Below the pieces are notes generated by a model, which was not told the origin of the DNA, did not search any database, and saw only the letters and a list, made by a program, of their open reading frames with translations. This document shows, piece after piece, positions 1-8,770 of a DNA stretch of 64,000 nucleotides (its first letter is position 1; every line of letters starts with the position of its first letter). The stretch is from an uncultured Chloroflexia bacterium (lineage in GTDB: Bacteria > Chloroflexota > Limnocylindria > Limnocylindrales > CSP1-4): contig CAVZKO010000005.1 in the NCBI GenBank assembly GCA_963775855.1, positions 367,846 through 431,845 on the forward strand, in the 5' to 3' direction. Made by a program: the position numbers and the translations under genes.

Positions 1-282
1 CTCGACAATGACCCGCCGCCGGTCGGCAGGGTCGGGGACCCGGCGGACGTAGCCGGCCTGCTCGAGGCGGTCGATGACACGGGTGACGGCGCCGCTCGTC
101 AGCCCGGTCAGCTCGGAGAGCCGGCCGGCGGTTGTGGCTCCGAGCTCCATGAGGGATTCAAGGGTCTCGATGTCTGACTCGGAAAGACCGAAGCGGATCG
201 CAACGGTCTGGCCGAAGAACGAGCCCTGGATGTTGACGCGGCGCAGCGCGCGAATGACCGAATCGATGTTGTCGCGGGTCAT
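1..282 (-). CDS. MarR-family transcriptional regulator, N-terminal part (gene runs off left edge)
   Basis: Reverse translation from the ATG (rc of 280-282) gives MTRDNIDSVIRALRRVNIQGSFFGQTVAIRFGLSESDIETLESLMELGATTAGRLSELTGLTSGAVTRVIDRLEQAGYVRRVPDPADRRRVIVE, a winged-helix MarR pattern. It is absent from the ORF track because no stop lies in the window. Confidence 0.75.
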   Translation of the reverse strand, partial: MTRDNIDSVIRALRRVNIQGSFFGQTVAIRFGLSESDIETLESLMELGATTAGRLSELTGLTSGAVTRVIDRLEQAGYVRRVPDPADRRRVIVE

Positions 283-285
283 GTC

Positions 286-314
286 TTGACATCTAGCTCC
301 TGTGTCGGTAACTA
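286..314 (+). promoter_or_regulatory. Candidate sigma70-type promoter for the ABC operon (TTGACA-17 nt-TAACTA)
   Basis: TTGACA at 286-291, a 17-nt spacer, TAACTA at 309-314. It lies in the divergent MarR/ABC intergenic region. Confidence 0.35.
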
Positions 315-316
315 TC

Positions 317-356
317 TGCACTGCTCAGATAATGACCCATGTTGCTGAACAGTGCA
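317..356. promoter_or_regulatory. Inverted repeat, candidate MarR operator
   Basis: TGCACTGCTCAG (317-328) and CTGAACAGTGCA (345-356) are reverse complements with one mismatch. They sit just downstream of the putative -10. Confidence 0.35.
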
Positions 357-401
357 AGTAGCGCCGTCGACAGCATAGGCCAGCGGGCAAGGAGAACGGG
401 C

Positions 402-1385
402 ATGACGGCACCAACGCCGATCCGCAACGTGATGATTCAGACGTCCGACCTGCGGCGGACCTTCAGGACGCGAAAGACCAGCGTTGAAGCCGTCCAAGGC
501 GTCGACCTGACGGTCGGGGCGGGCGAGATCTTCGGCTTCCTCGGCCCGAATGGGGCGGGCAAGACGACGACCCTGCGGATGCTCGCGACCCTCATCAAGC
601 CGACATCCGGTGACGCGACGGTCGCGGGCGCCGACCTCCGGCGTCAGCCGGAGCTCGTTCGCCAGCGAATCGGCTACGTCCCGCAGGGCGGCTCGACCGA
701 TCCGGCCGAGACGGGGCGCGGCGAGCTCGTTCTCCAGGGTCGGCTCTACGGCATGTCGGGCGTCGACGCGCGAGCACGGGCGTCCGAGGTCCTCGAGGCG
801 CTCGACCTGACGGCGGCCGCGGATCGGGGAACGGGCACGTACTCCGGCGGAATGCGCCGCCGGCTCGACGTCGGGCTCGGCATCGTCCATCGCCCCCAGG
901 TCCTGTTCCTCGACGAGCCCACGACGGGTCTCGACCCCCAGGCCCGCGCCCGGATGTGGGACGAGATCAGGAACCTCCGGGAGCTGGGGACCACCGTCTT
1001 CCTGACCACCCACTACCTCGAGGAGGCCGACGCCCTGTGCGACCGCCTCGCGATCATCGATCAGGGCAAGATCGTGGCCGAGGGGACGTCCGATCAGCTC
1101 AAGCAGAAGGTCGCCGGGGACGTCGTCACGATTGGAGTCAACGGCTCGGGAGCATCCGTGCTGACCCTCGTCGAGACGATGCCCTTCGTCCGGGAGGCCT
1201 CGCACGACGTCGACGCCGGGCTGGTCCGGCTCTACGTCGACCGCGGTGAGACCGCCATCCCGCATCTGCTCCGAAGTCTCGACCAGGCGGGGTTCGAGCC
1301 GACCTCGATCACCCTCAACAAGCCGAGTCTCGACGATGTCTTCCTCCGCCAGACGGGGCGCTCGCTCCGGGAGGAAGCAGCATGA
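402..1385 (+). CDS. ABC transporter ATP-binding protein (DrrA/ABC-2 type)
   Basis: ORF 339..1385. Walker A GPNGAGKTT, signature YSGGMRRR, Walker B VLFLDEPTTGLD. Start placed at ATG 402, behind AAGGAGA (389-395). Confidence 0.9.
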   Translation: MTAPTPIRNVMIQTSDLRRTFRTRKTSVEAVQGVDLTVGAGEIFGFLGPNGAGKTTTLRMLATLIKPTSGDATVAGADLRRQPELVRQRIGYVPQGGSTDPAETGRGELVLQGRLYGMSGVDARARASEVLEALDLTAAADRGTGTYSGGMRRRLDVGLGIVHRPQVLFLDEPTTGLDPQARARMWDEIRNLRELGTTVFLTTHYLEEADALCDRLAIIDQGKIVAEGTSDQLKQKVAGDVVTIGVNGSGASVLTLVETMPFVREASHDVDAGLVRLYVDRGETAIPHLLRSLDQAGFEPTSITLNKPSLDDVFLRQTGRSLREEAA

Positions 1386-2206
1386 CGGCCGGGACGGCCG
1401 CCGCGAACGTCAAGCAGACGACCACGACCATCGAAAGGAACCCTCGAATGCGAGCCCTCCGCGATACCTGGCTGATCTTCCACCGCTCCCTCGTGCTAAC
1501 GATCCGTCAGCCCACGTGGATCATCTTCGGGATCATGTATCCGGTCCTCTACCTGGTCCTGTTCGGGCCGCTCCTCGACGGTGCGGTCCGCCAGGCCGGA
1601 GCGGGCGTCAGCGCCTACAACTGGTTCGTGCCAGGCCTCCTGATCCAGGTCGCCCTGTTCGGATCCGCGTTCGTTGGCTTCGGGTTGATCGCGGAGTTGC
1701 GTTACGGCGTCGTGGAGCGGATGCGTGTCACCCCGATGAGCCGCACCGCAATGCTCCTTGGGCGTTCGCTGCGCGATGTCGTCCTGCTGATGATGCAGGC
1801 ACTGATCATGATCGGGCTGGCGATCCCGTTCGGCCTCCACATCGACGCCGCTGGCGTCGCCGTGACGCTCGCCTTGCTGGCGCTCATCGGCCTGGTGATG
1901 GCGCCGCTGTCCTACGCCGCCGGCTTGGCGCTCAAGAGTGAGGATGCGTTCGCGCCGCTTGTCCAGGGCATCGTGATGCCGCTGCTCCTCCTGTCGGGGA
2001 TTCTGCTGCCGATGGCGCTGGCACCGGACTGGCTCCGGTTCCTCAGCACGATCAACCCGCTTACCCATGCGGTCGACGCGGCTCGGGCGCTGTTCAACGG
2101 CGACTGGGGCAACCCGGAGATCGCAATCGGGGTCGGGATCACGGCCGCGCTCGCGTGCGTGGCGGTGTGGGTCGCGTCGCGGGCCTTCAGCCGGGCGAAC
2201 GCCTAG
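1382..2206 (+). CDS. ABC-2 type transporter permease
   Basis: ORF 1382..2206. ATGA start/stop overlap with the ATPase gene. Multiple hydrophobic helices, DrrB-like layout. Confidence 0.85.
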   Translation: MTAGTAAANVKQTTTTIERNPRMRALRDTWLIFHRSLVLTIRQPTWIIFGIMYPVLYLVLFGPLLDGAVRQAGAGVSAYNWFVPGLLIQVALFGSAFVGFGLIAELRYGVVERMRVTPMSRTAMLLGRSLRDVVLLMMQALIMIGLAIPFGLHIDAAGVAVTLALLALIGLVMAPLSYAAGLALKSEDAFAPLVQGIVMPLLLLSGILLPMALAPDWLRFLSTINPLTHAVDAARALFNGDWGNPEIAIGVGITAALACVAVWVASRAFSRANA

Positions 2207-2453
2207 ACCACGTCAGCGGGTCCGCGTCCTGACGGGCCCGCTGCCTCCAGGCTCTCCGCCGCCGGCCGGCAATACTCCGTTTCGTCGGAGATCGATCGGG
2301 CATCCTTTCAAGTCGGATTCGGGATAGTTCCAATCAAGCGGAATGATTTCGATTGGTCGGAGCTATCTCGAGTCGCAATTCCGGGGGCGTGGATCGCGCG
2401 TTGTTCGGATTCGGAGCGATCCTGCGGGCCGGAGCGCGCCTACAATCGGCGCC

Positions 2454-2858
2454 ATGACGGACCGACCGATCAAGGTGCTCATCGCGAAGCCTGGACTTGA
2501 CGGCCACGATCGGGGCGCGAAGGTCCTCGCCCGCGGCCTCCGCGACGAGGGCTTCGAGGTCGTCTACACCGGCCTCCGCCAGACCCCGGAGATGGTCGTC
2601 AGCGCTGCCCTCCAGGAGGACGCCGACGTCGTCGGCCTGTCGATCCTCTCCGGCGCGCACATGACGCTCGTTCCGAGGATCACCGGGCTGCTGCGCGAGC
2701 GGGGCCTCGACGACGTGCTCGTCACGGCCGGCGGCATCATCCCCGACGCGGACATCGAGGCGCTGCGGGAGGCGGGGGTGGCCCGTGTCTTCGGGCCCGG
2801 AACGACGATCGCCGAGGTTGCCGAATACCTCCGGGCCAACGCCCGCCCCCGCGACTAG
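2454..2858 (+). CDS. Cobalamin-binding small subunit of an acyl-CoA mutase (methylmalonyl/isobutyryl-CoA mutase C-terminal domain type)
   Basis: ORF 2343..2858. [18 protein letters not shown] carries the DxHxxG B12-binding motif, followed by SILSGAH and a GGIIP segment. ATG 2454 chosen as start. Confidence 0.85.
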   Translation: MTDRPIKVLIAKPGLDGHDRGAKVLARGLRDEGFEVVYTGLRQTPEMVVSAALQEDADVVGLSILSGAHMTLVPRITGLLRERGLDDVLVTAGGIIPDADIEALREAGVARVFGPGTTIAEVAEYLRANARPRD

Positions 2859-2859
2859 G

Positions 2860-3864
2860 GTGGGGCAGCGGGGCGGAGCGGATTCCTCAGCGGAGACGCT
2901 CGCCGATGCCGCGCTCGCCGGAGACCGCCGGGCACTCGCCAAGCTGCTGACTGCCGTCGAGAACCGGACCGCGATCGCGGAGGCGGCAATGCGTCGACTC
3001 TACCCGCTCGCCGGCCGCGCCCACCTGGTCGGGATCACGGGACCGCCGGGATCCGGCAAGTCGACACTCGTCGCAGCGCTCATCGGCGAGGTCCGACGCG
3101 CCGGCAGGTCGGTGGCGGTCATCGCCGTCGACCCGTCGTCGCCGATCACGGGCGGCGCGTTGCTTGGCGATCGGGTCCGGATGCAGGCGTACGCCTCGGA
3201 CGGCGACGTCTTCATCCGGTCGATGGCGTCCCGTGGCCATGCCGGCGGCCTCGCCTCGACGAGCGTTGCGGCCGCGGCCGTCCTGGACGCCGCAGGCTTC
3301 GATCTCGTGCTCGTCGAAACGGTCGGGACCGGGCAGAGCGAGGTCGAGGTCGCGGCGTCGGCCGACACGACCGTCGTTCTCGAGGCGCCGGAGATGGGCG
3401 ATGAGATCCAGGCGATCAAGGCCGGCCTGCTCGAGGTCGCGGACCTCGTCGTCGTCAACAAGGGCGACAAGCCCGGCGCGCAGCGAACGGCATCCCAGCT
3501 CAGGGCCATGCTCGTCGCCGCGGCACCCGGCCCGCGACGCGGCGAGATCGATCCCGGTCGGCCGCGCCCGAAACGGCCGGAGGTCCTCATCACGACCGCG
3601 GCCACAGGCGACGGCGTGCCGGAGCTCCTCGCCGCGCTCGACCGTCACCGAGACGACGGACGCAACGGCCTGTCGGACGGCGCCCGCCTGGCCCGCGCCG
3701 AGGCGCAGGTATGGGCGATCCTGGCCGACCGCCTCGGGGATGCCCTTCACGTTCCCGAGCGTGCCGCCGGCACGAAGGAAGTCCTGGACGCGGTTGCGGA
3801 TCATCGGCTCGATCCGTACGCGGCCGCGGACAGGCTCCTCGAGCCCCTCCTCCGCAAGTCGTGA
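2860..3864 (+). CDS. meaB: Methylmalonyl-CoA mutase-associated GTPase MeaB/ArgK
   Basis: ORF 2785..3864. P-loop GPPGSGKST, ETVGTGQSE, VVNKGD. GTG 2860 lies 1 nt after the upstream stop; the start is uncertain. Confidence 0.88.
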   Translation: MGQRGGADSSAETLADAALAGDRRALAKLLTAVENRTAIAEAAMRRLYPLAGRAHLVGITGPPGSGKSTLVAALIGEVRRAGRSVAVIAVDPSSPITGGALLGDRVRMQAYASDGDVFIRSMASRGHAGGLASTSVAAAAVLDAAGFDLVLVETVGTGQSEVEVAASADTTVVLEAPEMGDEIQAIKAGLLEVADLVVVNKGDKPGAQRTASQLRAMLVAAAPGPRRGEIDPGRPRPKRPEVLITTAATGDGVPELLAALDRHRDDGRNGLSDGARLARAEAQVWAILADRLGDALHVPERAAGTKEVLDAVADHRLDPYAAADRLLEPLLRKS

Positions 3865-5060
3865 GCGCCGATCGCGGCGTGGCAACGAAGCCGCGACTCG
3901 TCACTCCCGCGTTCCTCGCGCTGGCCGCAGCGACACTCGCCTTCTTCATCGCCGGGGGCATCGTGCTGCCGATCGCGCCACGCTTCGCGGAGCTCGCGCT
4001 CGAAGCGGATGCCCTGGGGTTCGGGGTCGCGATGGGGTCGTTCAGCGTCGTGTCGCTCATCCTCCGGCCGATCGTGGGCTGGTCGAGCGACCGGTTCGGC
4101 CGGCGGCCGCTGCTGATCGGCGGGGCAATTGCGAATGTCGCCGCGCTGGCGCTCCATCTCGTCGCGAACGATTTGCTCGTGTTCACCGCGGCGCGCGGTC
4201 TGCTCGGCGCCGCCGAGGGCTTCTTCTTTGTGGCGGCTCTGGCGGCTGCCGCGGACATCGCCCCGGACGCGCGCCGCGGCGAGGCGATCAGCTTCCTGTC
4301 GCTGTCGCTCTACCTCGGGATCGCGATCGGTCCGCCGGTCGCCGAGGCGATCTTCGCCGCGGGCTCGTACGCAGCGGTCTGGATCGGTGCGGCGCTCGTC
4401 GCCGCCGTCGCCGTCGCGCTCACGTTGCTCGTGCCGGAGTCGGCTCCCGGCCTGGCCGCTTCCTCCGGCGAGCGTCGGCCGCGCGGTCGGCTCATCCACC
4501 CCGCCGGCATCTTCCCCGGGATCGTCATCCTCCTCGGTCTCTGGGGGATGGCCGGGTTCCTGACGTTTCTGCCGCTGTACGGCCCGGAAGTCGGGCTCGA
4601 AGGCGTCGGGCTGCCGCTGACCGCATACGCCCTCGTCGTCGTGGGTCTGCGGATCGTGGGGGCGACCTGGCCCGACCGGTTCGGGGCGGCTCGCCTCTCG
4701 GGGGCGGCGCTCGCGGTATCTGCCGTCGGCCTGACGATCATCGGCCTTGCCCCGAACGTCGGGGTGCTGATGGTGGGGACGATCGTGTTCGCCTCCGGCG
4801 TCGCCTTCACGATGCCCGCACTGCTCGCGCTGGCGGTGTCCCGCGTCCCGCCGACCGAACGGGGAACCGTCGTCGGCACGGCGACGGTCTTTCTCGATCT
4901 TGTCTTCGGTTTCGCGCCGGCGATCCTCAAGTTCGTGGCCGAGGCGACCGACTACGGCGTCACGTTCCTCGTATCGGCCGGATTCGCCGCGACCGCCGCC
5001 GGCCTTCTCGTCGCTCGCCGGGAGAGCCTCGAGCGACCCGTCGTCTTCGCGACCGAGTAG
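3861..5060 (+). CDS. MFS transporter
   Basis: In-frame part of ORF 3711..5060. About 12 hydrophobic segments and a DRFGRRP-type loop motif. GTG 3861 overlaps the meaB stop (GTGA). Confidence 0.8.
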   Translation: MSADRGVATKPRLVTPAFLALAAATLAFFIAGGIVLPIAPRFAELALEADALGFGVAMGSFSVVSLILRPIVGWSSDRFGRRPLLIGGAIANVAALALHLVANDLLVFTAARGLLGAAEGFFFVAALAAAADIAPDARRGEAISFLSLSLYLGIAIGPPVAEAIFAAGSYAAVWIGAALVAAVAVALTLLVPESAPGLAASSGERRPRGRLIHPAGIFPGIVILLGLWGMAGFLTFLPLYGPEVGLEGVGLPLTAYALVVVGLRIVGATWPDRFGAARLSGAALAVSAVGLTIIGLAPNVGVLMVGTIVFASGVAFTMPALLALAVSRVPPTERGTVVGTATVFLDLVFGFAPAILKFVAEATDYGVTFLVSAGFAATAAGLLVARRESLERPVVFATE

Positions 5061-5069
5061 TCTCCTGGC

Positions 5070-5939
5070 ATGGGAATCGAGCGCGTCTTCGTCGCCGGTG
5101 CCGGCCTCATGGGCCACGGCATCGCCCAGGTCCACGCCGCGATCGGCAAGGCCGTGACGCTCTACGAGCCGGACCTCGTCCGGGCCGTCGCCGGTCGGGA
5201 GCGGATCGCCGGCAACCTTGACCGGGCCGTGGCCAAGGGCAAGCTCAGCCCGGAGGATCGGGAGGCGACCCTCGCCCGGATCGAGCCGACCGACGACCCG
5301 GCGACCGCGGCCTCGGCCGACCTCGTCGTCGAGGCGATCTTCGAGGACCTCGCCGTCAAGCGCGGCTTCTGGAGCGAGGTCGGGGCGATCGCCCCAGCCG
5401 GCGCGCTCCTCGCCTCGAACACGAGCTCGATCTCGATCGACGAACTCGCGGCGGCCGTCGAGCCGGCGCGCCGTCCGATGTTCGTCGGGATGCACTTCTT
5501 CAGCCCCGTGCCGGTCATGCCGCTCGTCGAGCTGGTCCGTGGGACCGCGACATCCGATGCGACGGCAACCGCGATCCGCGAGCTTTCGACGGAGCTCGGC
5601 AAGCAGCTGATCGTGTCGGCCGATCGGCCCGGGTTCATCGTCAACCGGATGCTCATGCCGTTCCTCGGCGAGGCGATGCGGGCCTTCGAGGAGGGCGTCG
5701 GGAGCGCCGAGGACATCGATGCCGGCGCAAGGATCGGCCTGAACCACCCGATGGGCCCGCTCGCCCTCGCCGACTTCATCGGGCTCGACGTCTGCAAGGG
5801 GATCATGATCGTGCTCCACGAGGGCATCGGCGGCGAACACTTCCGGCCGCCGAAGGTGCTTCTCGACCTTGTCGAGGCGGGCCACCTCGGTCAGAAGACC
5901 GGCCGCGGGTTCCACCGCTACGACGAGACGAGCGGCTAG
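5070..5939 (+). CDS. 3-hydroxyacyl/3-hydroxybutyryl-CoA dehydrogenase (NAD-binding)
   Basis: ORF 5070..5939. N-terminal VAGAGLMGHGIA Rossmann motif; NTSS, GMHFFSPVP and DRPGFIVNR motifs typical of Hbd/PaaH/FadB2. Confidence 0.9.
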   Translation: MGIERVFVAGAGLMGHGIAQVHAAIGKAVTLYEPDLVRAVAGRERIAGNLDRAVAKGKLSPEDREATLARIEPTDDPATAASADLVVEAIFEDLAVKRGFWSEVGAIAPAGALLASNTSSISIDELAAAVEPARRPMFVGMHFFSPVPVMPLVELVRGTATSDATATAIRELSTELGKQLIVSADRPGFIVNRMLMPFLGEAMRAFEEGVGSAEDIDAGARIGLNHPMGPLALADFIGLDVCKGIMIVLHEGIGGEHFRPPKVLLDLVEAGHLGQKTGRGFHRYDETSG

Positions 5940-5941
5940 CC

Positions 5942-6604
5942 TCAGCCGACGGGCTGCAGCGGACCCATGAGTCCCCCGATCATCCGATCGACACTCTCGA
6001 TGTCGAATGGCTTGGCCATGACGCTGATGCCGCGGGCGAGGGCGAAGGCGCGCAACTCCGAGTTCAGCACGTCGCCGCTCATGAACACGAAGCGGCGGGC
6101 GAGTCCAGGGTCGATCGCCGTGACCGCCTCGTGGAAGGCGATCCCGCTCATGCCGACCATTCGGTGGTCGCACAGGATCGCGTCGGGAGGACCGTTCCTC
6201 ACGATCTCGATTGCGGACGGGCCGTCCGAAGCGAGCGTCACCTCGTAGCCGCCGCGACGCAGGATGCGGGCGAGGAACTCACGGATCGCCGGTTCATCGT
6301 CGACTACGAGAACGCGGCTCGGTCGCGACGTCCCTGGGTCCGGTCCGGCGCCACCGGGACGGTCCGCGCCTGCGCCGCCCTGAGCCGCTGACGGGCCTAC
6401 GAGGTTCGCCACGATCTGTCGGGTTCGGTCGGCTTCCTCGACGAGCATCGCGGCGTGGTGGCGGAGTTCCTCGGGCAGGCTTGGATCGGTCCGGATCAGG
6501 TGGCTGAACGCGACGATCGCGGCGAGCGAGTTGTTGAGATCGTGAATGAGCGCGGCGTCGAGCCGCTGGGCATGGGGCTCCGGGGCGTCGTCCGGGTCGG
6601 GCAC
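5942..6604 (-). CDS. Histidine-kinase DHp (H-box) domain fused to a receiver domain; no ATPase (CA) domain
   Basis: ORF 5942..6604, GTG start with an in-frame TAG 4 codons upstream. H-box LIHDLNNSLAAI, then a Gly/Pro linker. The receiver has VLVVDDEP, the acceptor Asp in ILCDHRMVGMSG, FMSG and AKPF. Confidence 0.75.
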   Translation of the reverse strand: MPDPDDAPEPHAQRLDAALIHDLNNSLAAIVAFSHLIRTDPSLPEELRHHAAMLVEEADRTRQIVANLVGPSAAQGGAGADRPGGAGPDPGTSRPSRVLVVDDEPAIREFLARILRRGGYEVTLASDGPSAIEIVRNGPPDAILCDHRMVGMSGIAFHEAVTAIDPGLARRFVFMSGDVLNSELRAFALARGISVMAKPFDIESVDRMIGGLMGPLQPVG

Positions 6605-6675
6605 GCGGGTATCCTACGCTCCACGTCCGGTCGAACTCGTATTCCTGCCTCGCCCGTTGCCCCGGAGGAAATGCC

Positions 6676-7827
6676 CTGAGCTGGCCGCTGACCGACGAGG
6701 AGCGACTGCTCCGCGACACTGCCCGCGAGTTCGCGAGTCGCGAGGTCGCGCCAAGTGCCGCGGATCGGGACGAAAACGAGCGTTTCGACCGGTCGATCTT
6801 CAACCGGATGGGTGAGCTGGGGCTGACCGGCGCGCCGCTCCCGGAGTCGGTCGGTGGTGGCGGCTTCAGCTACGTCGGCTGGACGCTCGTGATGGAGGAA
6901 CTCGGGGCCGCCGACATGGCGTCAGCGGTAATGCTGTCCGTCCACATCCTCTCGCAGTACCCGGTCGTCACCTGGGGAAGCGACGAGCAGCATCGGCGCT
7001 GGCTCGGCCCGATGATCGCGGGCGAGGCGCTAGGGGCGTTCGCGCTGACTGAGCCCCACGCCGGATCCGACGCCGGCGCGATCCGGACCCGCGCCGAGCG
7101 CGACGGCGACGCATACCGATTGACGGGCACGAAGATCTGGATCTCGAACGCGCCGGAGGCCGACCGCTACCTCGTATTTGCGTCGCTCGACCCCGCCGCG
7201 GGACCAGCGGCGATCACGGCTTTCCTCGTGGAGAAGGGGATGCCCGGCTTCAGCTTCGGCGCCCACGAGCGGAAGATGGGAATCCGATCCTGTCCCGCCG
7301 CGGAGCTCGTTCTCGATGGAGCGGTGGTTCCGGTGGCGAACCGCCTCGGGGAGGAGGGCGACGGGTATCGGATCGCCTTGTCCGCATTGGCCGAGGGGCG
7401 GATCTCGATCGCGGCCGCGTGCGTGGGGCTGGCCCGTTCGGCGCTCGAGCAGGCGGCCCGCTACCTCGGGGAGCGGCAGGCGTTCGGGGGCGTACTGGCC
7501 GAGCAGCAGGGCCTCCGGTTCATGCTCGCCGAAATGGCACGGGACGTGGAGGCGGCACGGGCGCTGACTCGCCAGGCGGCCGCGGCGAAGGACCGCGGCG
7601 AACCCATTGGCGAGGCGTCGTCACTCGCGAAATGGACGGCCTCCGACACCGCGATGCGCGTCGCAACGGACGCCGTCCAGCTGTTCGGCGGGGCCGGCTA
7701 TTCGCGCGAAACCGGCATCGAGCGCCTGATGCGAGACGCGAAGGGCGCCCAGATCTACGAGGGGACGAACCAGATCCACCGCCTCATCGTCGCCGACGAG
7801 CTCTACAAGCGGCTGGGCCCAAGCTGA
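6676..7827 (+). CDS. Acyl-CoA dehydrogenase (probable CTG start)
   Basis: ORF 6808..7827 is clearly N-terminally truncated. The in-frame upstream sequence LSWPLTDEERLLRDTAREFASREVAPSAADRDENERFDRSIFNRMGELGL is a typical ACAD N-terminus. No ATG/GTG/TTG lies in frame. CTG 6676 sits 6 nt after GGAGGA (6664-6669). Confidence 0.85.
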   Translation: MSWPLTDEERLLRDTAREFASREVAPSAADRDENERFDRSIFNRMGELGLTGAPLPESVGGGGFSYVGWTLVMEELGAADMASAVMLSVHILSQYPVVTWGSDEQHRRWLGPMIAGEALGAFALTEPHAGSDAGAIRTRAERDGDAYRLTGTKIWISNAPEADRYLVFASLDPAAGPAAITAFLVEKGMPGFSFGAHERKMGIRSCPAAELVLDGAVVPVANRLGEEGDGYRIALSALAEGRISIAAACVGLARSALEQAARYLGERQAFGGVLAEQQGLRFMLAEMARDVEAARALTRQAAAAKDRGEPIGEASSLAKWTASDTAMRVATDAVQLFGGAGYSRETGIERLMRDAKGAQIYEGTNQIHRLIVADELYKRLGPS

Positions 7828-8017
7828 GGCGCCCCCGACGCCGGCGCGGCGCCTCTCCTGCCAAATCCTCAGCGTCGAGCGAACCGGTCGGGCTAGCGCA
7901 TGTCAGGCTCTCATCAGCAGCCCAATTGGCATGCAGGAGGGCGGATCGTGGCGAGCCTTTCGTGTTCGGCGACGATCGTCGGATCAGGCAGGCGATCGTG
8001 GAGCGCCGTCCAAGGTC

Positions 8018-8711
8018 TCACGAGGCGAGGAATTTGGCATGGAACGAGAGCGCGCTGATGTCGCGGTCGGGCGCGTCGACAGCCAGCGCCGCATCGAGCG
8101 TCCGTCGGCTGGGAACTTGCTCGCAGGACGGTGGCGATGCTCGGCTAGCGGCGCGGGCGTTCGAGCGGCCAGCGGCGACGAGAACCCAGACTCGCGACTC
8201 GCGACGGCGATCCCAGCCATGATTCGCGGCAAGTCGCGAGCCAGGCGATCGGTAGACGAATGTCGACGTGCCAGGCGAGGTCATCGATGTCGCCGATCGC
8301 TCGTCTTGACCTCGATCACGAGCATGATGCGCGACGCCGGCGTGCCACGCGACGATGTCGATCGACGCCCCGCTCGCCGAAGTGGAGAAAGATGACTTCT
8401 GGCAGCGACGAACCAGCCGGCGATCTCCTTGAGCCGCTGAACGCAGCGCTCGTGCATCATCGCGTGTGTCGCGATTGACCAGGCGGTCAAGATCGGCGCC
8501 TCGCCAGCGAGGGAGCCGATCGATCCGAGCGTCAAGGCGCGGGCCATGCGTCGCAACATGGCCAGAACGGTCACGGTCGATCCAGTCGTCCGGCTCGAAT
8601 CGCGATCACAGCGCCGCGCGGGATGCCGGCGGCCGTTGCAAGGTCAGTCTGCCGCAGCCCACGACGGAGCCGAAGCGGACCTGATCGCCGAGACCGAGCC
8701 GAACTGGTCAT
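8018..8711 (-). pseudogene. Decayed XRE-type HTH regulator with C-terminal nuclease-like domain (multiple frame breaks)
   Basis: Pieces of one protein are spread over three minus-strand frames: LRRGLRQTDLATAAGIPRGAVIAIRAGRL (HTH), LAMLRRMARAL, GGADLDRLVN, THAMMHE, SIDIVAWHAG, RIMLVIEVKT, RVWVLVAAGRSN, LAEHRH..FPADGRSMRRWL, ISALSF. At least 6 frame changes. Confidence 0.55.
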
Positions 8712-8770
8712 CCATCGAGGCAGTTTCGACGTTGAGGCTTATCTGGGGCTTACCGGTGTAGATTTGAGCC

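Noticed and set aside
2207-2453. A cobalamin riboswitch upstream of the B12-binding subunit gene.
   Set aside because: I could not find the conserved B12-box or the characteristic GCCACTG-type core. Only generic stems and TCGGA repeats are present.
3801-6173. Very long antisense or alternative-frame ORFs in the track (for example 3801..6173 minus, 790 aa; 3164..5221 plus, 685 aa; 46730..48796 minus, 688 aa; 30835..32124 minus).
   Set aside because: Their translations are Arg/Pro/Gly/Asp-rich and motif-free. They overlap well-supported genes on the other strand or frame. This is the usual stop-codon scarcity of high-GC DNA.
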